Part shown: positions 61,808 to 64,000 of the stretch, one piece after another
Layout: every line of letters starts with the position of its first letter
How positions within the stretch are numbered: the first letter of the stretch is position 1
NCBI GenBank assembly: GCA_965287045.1
Contig: OZ336871.1
Location: 66,588,001-66,652,000, forward strand
Source of the DNA: Carcharhinus amblyrhynchos
Lineage: Eukaryota
Direction: 5' to 3'
DNA: 64,000 nucleotides
Notes under the pieces: model-generated
The model's input: only the letters and a program-made list of their open reading frames with translations
Database searches by the model: none
Told to the model about the DNA's origin: nothing
Position numbers and translations under genes: made by a program

Positions 61808-63790
61808 CAGTAAATTCTTTATTATCCAACATTCGCAGGGAATGGATGCTCCTGGTTAATTGAAAATGCAGTTGACATGGAGTTCTGTTAACCAAAGGAG
61901 TACAGCACAATATTTATAGCATGCACTTATAAAGAATGAAGTATAAAATAATACACAAATACTCATGAAGTAAAGAACAGTATTCTTTTTACTTCTAATC
62001 TTCAACAGTACATTAAAACATAACTTTAAAAATACATTATGCAGGTACTGAAGAGGCCTAATTCTTAGCATCTCCTTACAACTATTGCTGAAGATGTAGA
62101 GGATGTGAAAGATTGGACCGTGGATACTTTATTGAATAAATCCCTAATGTCAGCTTGCCTGTTTGTCTTCTGCCTTTTCTGCATGAAAACAGACTACAGA
62201 ATGTGCAACAGCATAACCTCTTGTGCAGAGTAATTTGCCTTTCAACAAATTCAACCAATGCATCAAAAGCTGAAGCAACATTAGCCCAGGTTATTTCCCC
62301 CTGTTCACAGAAATCTTCAACGTCTTTGTCAGTCGCCTTTGGCTTCTGAAGATTCATAACACGCTCCATAATTTCTGCATCATGAACGGTATGCTTCACT
62401 TCAGCTTCCTTGTCACCTTCAACCTTTCTTCAATCTCACTTTCTGTAAAGGAGTATTAGTCACCATTTTCCTTATTTTTTGATACTATATTTGTTCTCAG
62501 CTTTAAATTAATGCTTCAACTCTTTTTTGTCAGATAAGCCTTCTACAAGCATAGCACAAGACAGCCATTTCTTCCAAGCTTTCCTCAATGTTGCATTTTT
62601 CATGGATTTTCAGGCATGAGCCATGTTACAAATTGCAGGGGCGTTCTTAATTTCTTGTCTCACCACTCAGTGGTGAGCCAGTAAAATTGTGAGATAGGCA
62701 AAAAAAGGTTCGCACCCGATTTCTCACCTGTCACAATCTCAACAGAACTGGATATCTGGGTGAGATCAGCCTTGCACCTGAAAAGGGCACAAAACTGATC
62801 TCAATAGTTAAGCTTTATTTGAAATAGAGCTTAAATATTATTAGTGAACCTGGGCCAGAATCCTTCAAGTTCACTTGCCTTCGTGGCCTCACCAGTGAAT
62901 GTCCTCACTGGTGAGGATCAGGTATGGCCTCCATCAGAGGGAAGTTGTCATAATGGCCTCGCCGGAAGGGCCAGAGGCCATTGAGGACTCCGGGAAGTTG
63001 GGAGCAGGGGGGTGCCTTGGGCAGTGCCAGCCTGGCACCCCAACACTATCCATTGGGCACCCTGAACATTGAGCAGTGCCAAGGGGCAGTCCTGAAGGGG
63101 ACTGAAGGCCTCCTAAGGGGAGGCGGGTGACAGACACTGTGCTCTCTGTAGGGCCTATGGGATCAGAAGTGTGGGATGCTGCCCACTTTGTAACTGCTGA
63201 TCAACTGGGGGGTGGAGGGGGGTTGGGGGGTGGCCGGCTGCAATCAACCGAGCCAGGATGGGGGGAGCAATCATCTAGCCCATGTGGGAGGGTGTGGCAA
63301 TGGTCGGCCCATGCAGGGATGGGGAGCGATCACCTGGCCCATGCATGGGGGGACAGCCGATCAGCCATTCCGTATGGGGACAAATCAGCCACAGAGGCTA
63401 TCCATCAGAAAATGCACATGGTTCAGTCAATTGCATTTCCTCTTGAAACTCTTTTGCTTTTTCAATAAGCATTGGGCCAGAGATAAGGGAACTCTGAACA
63501 TGTCAGTAAAATATATAACACACTGTCTAGTTGCTCTTTCTTAAGCACATGTAGTGTACGGCATTCTTCAATTGCTTTATTTGATATCGAACTAGCAAAT
63601 ATCTTCAGCAATAGTTTTTTTTTGATCCGTGGCATCATATGTCGTGGATGAGCCAACATTTTTTTTATCAAAACCTTTCCATTCTCACCCTTTTTAATAG
63701 ACCCTCAGATGTCAGTTTTCTGCTTCTGTGTCAACACAACTGTTTTTTGCTCCTCACTCGTCTTTTTCCTGGTTTATTCAATGCTATAAT
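61808..63790 (-). mobile_element. Tigger/pogo-like DNA transposon remnant, interrupted by a Harbinger-type element
   Basis: TA|CAGTAAATTCTTTATTATCC TIR-like end at 61808; C-terminal ITWANVASAFDALVEFVERQ and LRKAW; N-terminal CENP-B-like LLKIFASS...EQLDSVLY and GPMLIEKAKEF...FSDG at 63400-63760. Confidence 0.75.
62638..63375. mobile_element. Harbinger-type non-autonomous element, partial
   Basis: GGGGCGTTCT start; GAGGCCATTGAGG...GGGCAGTGCCAG interior shared with 13160-13260, 28550-28670 and 31970-32100. Confidence 0.65.
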
Positions 63791-64000
63791 TGCAGAATAG
63801 GGTTTATAATTCACATAATTGCAAAATTAAAAATTACAATAGTGGATACAAACTATAAGGACTACTAATGCCTCAACCAGAATCTTGCCTAGTCATTCCA
63901 AGGTGACCTGGAATATCTTTGGGTTCAGCATAACTTTGGAATTGTTTCAGATTGGTAAACTGATAATTCACATCAGGGGGACATTGGTGTTATGTATGTA

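Noticed and set aside
1-64000. Prokaryotic or viral system (operon, defence island, endogenous virus)
   Set aside because: No long ORFs, no gene-dense segment and no viral or bacterial motifs; the content is explained by vertebrate repeats and non-coding DNA

Overview
This is eukaryotic, repeat-rich, gene-poor DNA, and the repeat families point to a shark or other elasmobranch. They include HE1-type V-SINEs, DeuSINE/SacSINE1-like SINEs, CR1/L2/RTE LINEs, Penelope-like terminal repeats, Harbinger-type elements and MITEs, one hAT derivative and one Tigger/pogo remnant. Family names come from my recall of consensus motifs, not from a database search. No intact protein-coding gene, prokaryotic operon or CRISPR array is visible, and nearly all supplied ORFs are spurious or decayed transposon sequence. 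Between the repeats lie long repeat-free AT-rich blocks dense in Pbx-Hox, Meis, POU, Sox and GATA-like motifs, which look like conserved non-coding elements of a developmental regulatory landscape. A minus-strand 34-nt exon (48047-48080) plus a probable terminal exon and 3'UTR (about 45760-47191) suggest the 3' end of an unidentified gene. The most notable structures are an RTE insertion with twin-priming-like 5' inversion and a 9-bp TSD (48632-49451), a 107-nt near-perfect intronic hairpin (48451-48557), a Penelope-associated minimal hammerhead ribozyme motif (53051-53093), and a LINE that carries a tRNA-like SINE head at its own 5' end (about 42000-44880). I found no clearly new biological system, and all findings are hypotheses with stated tests.
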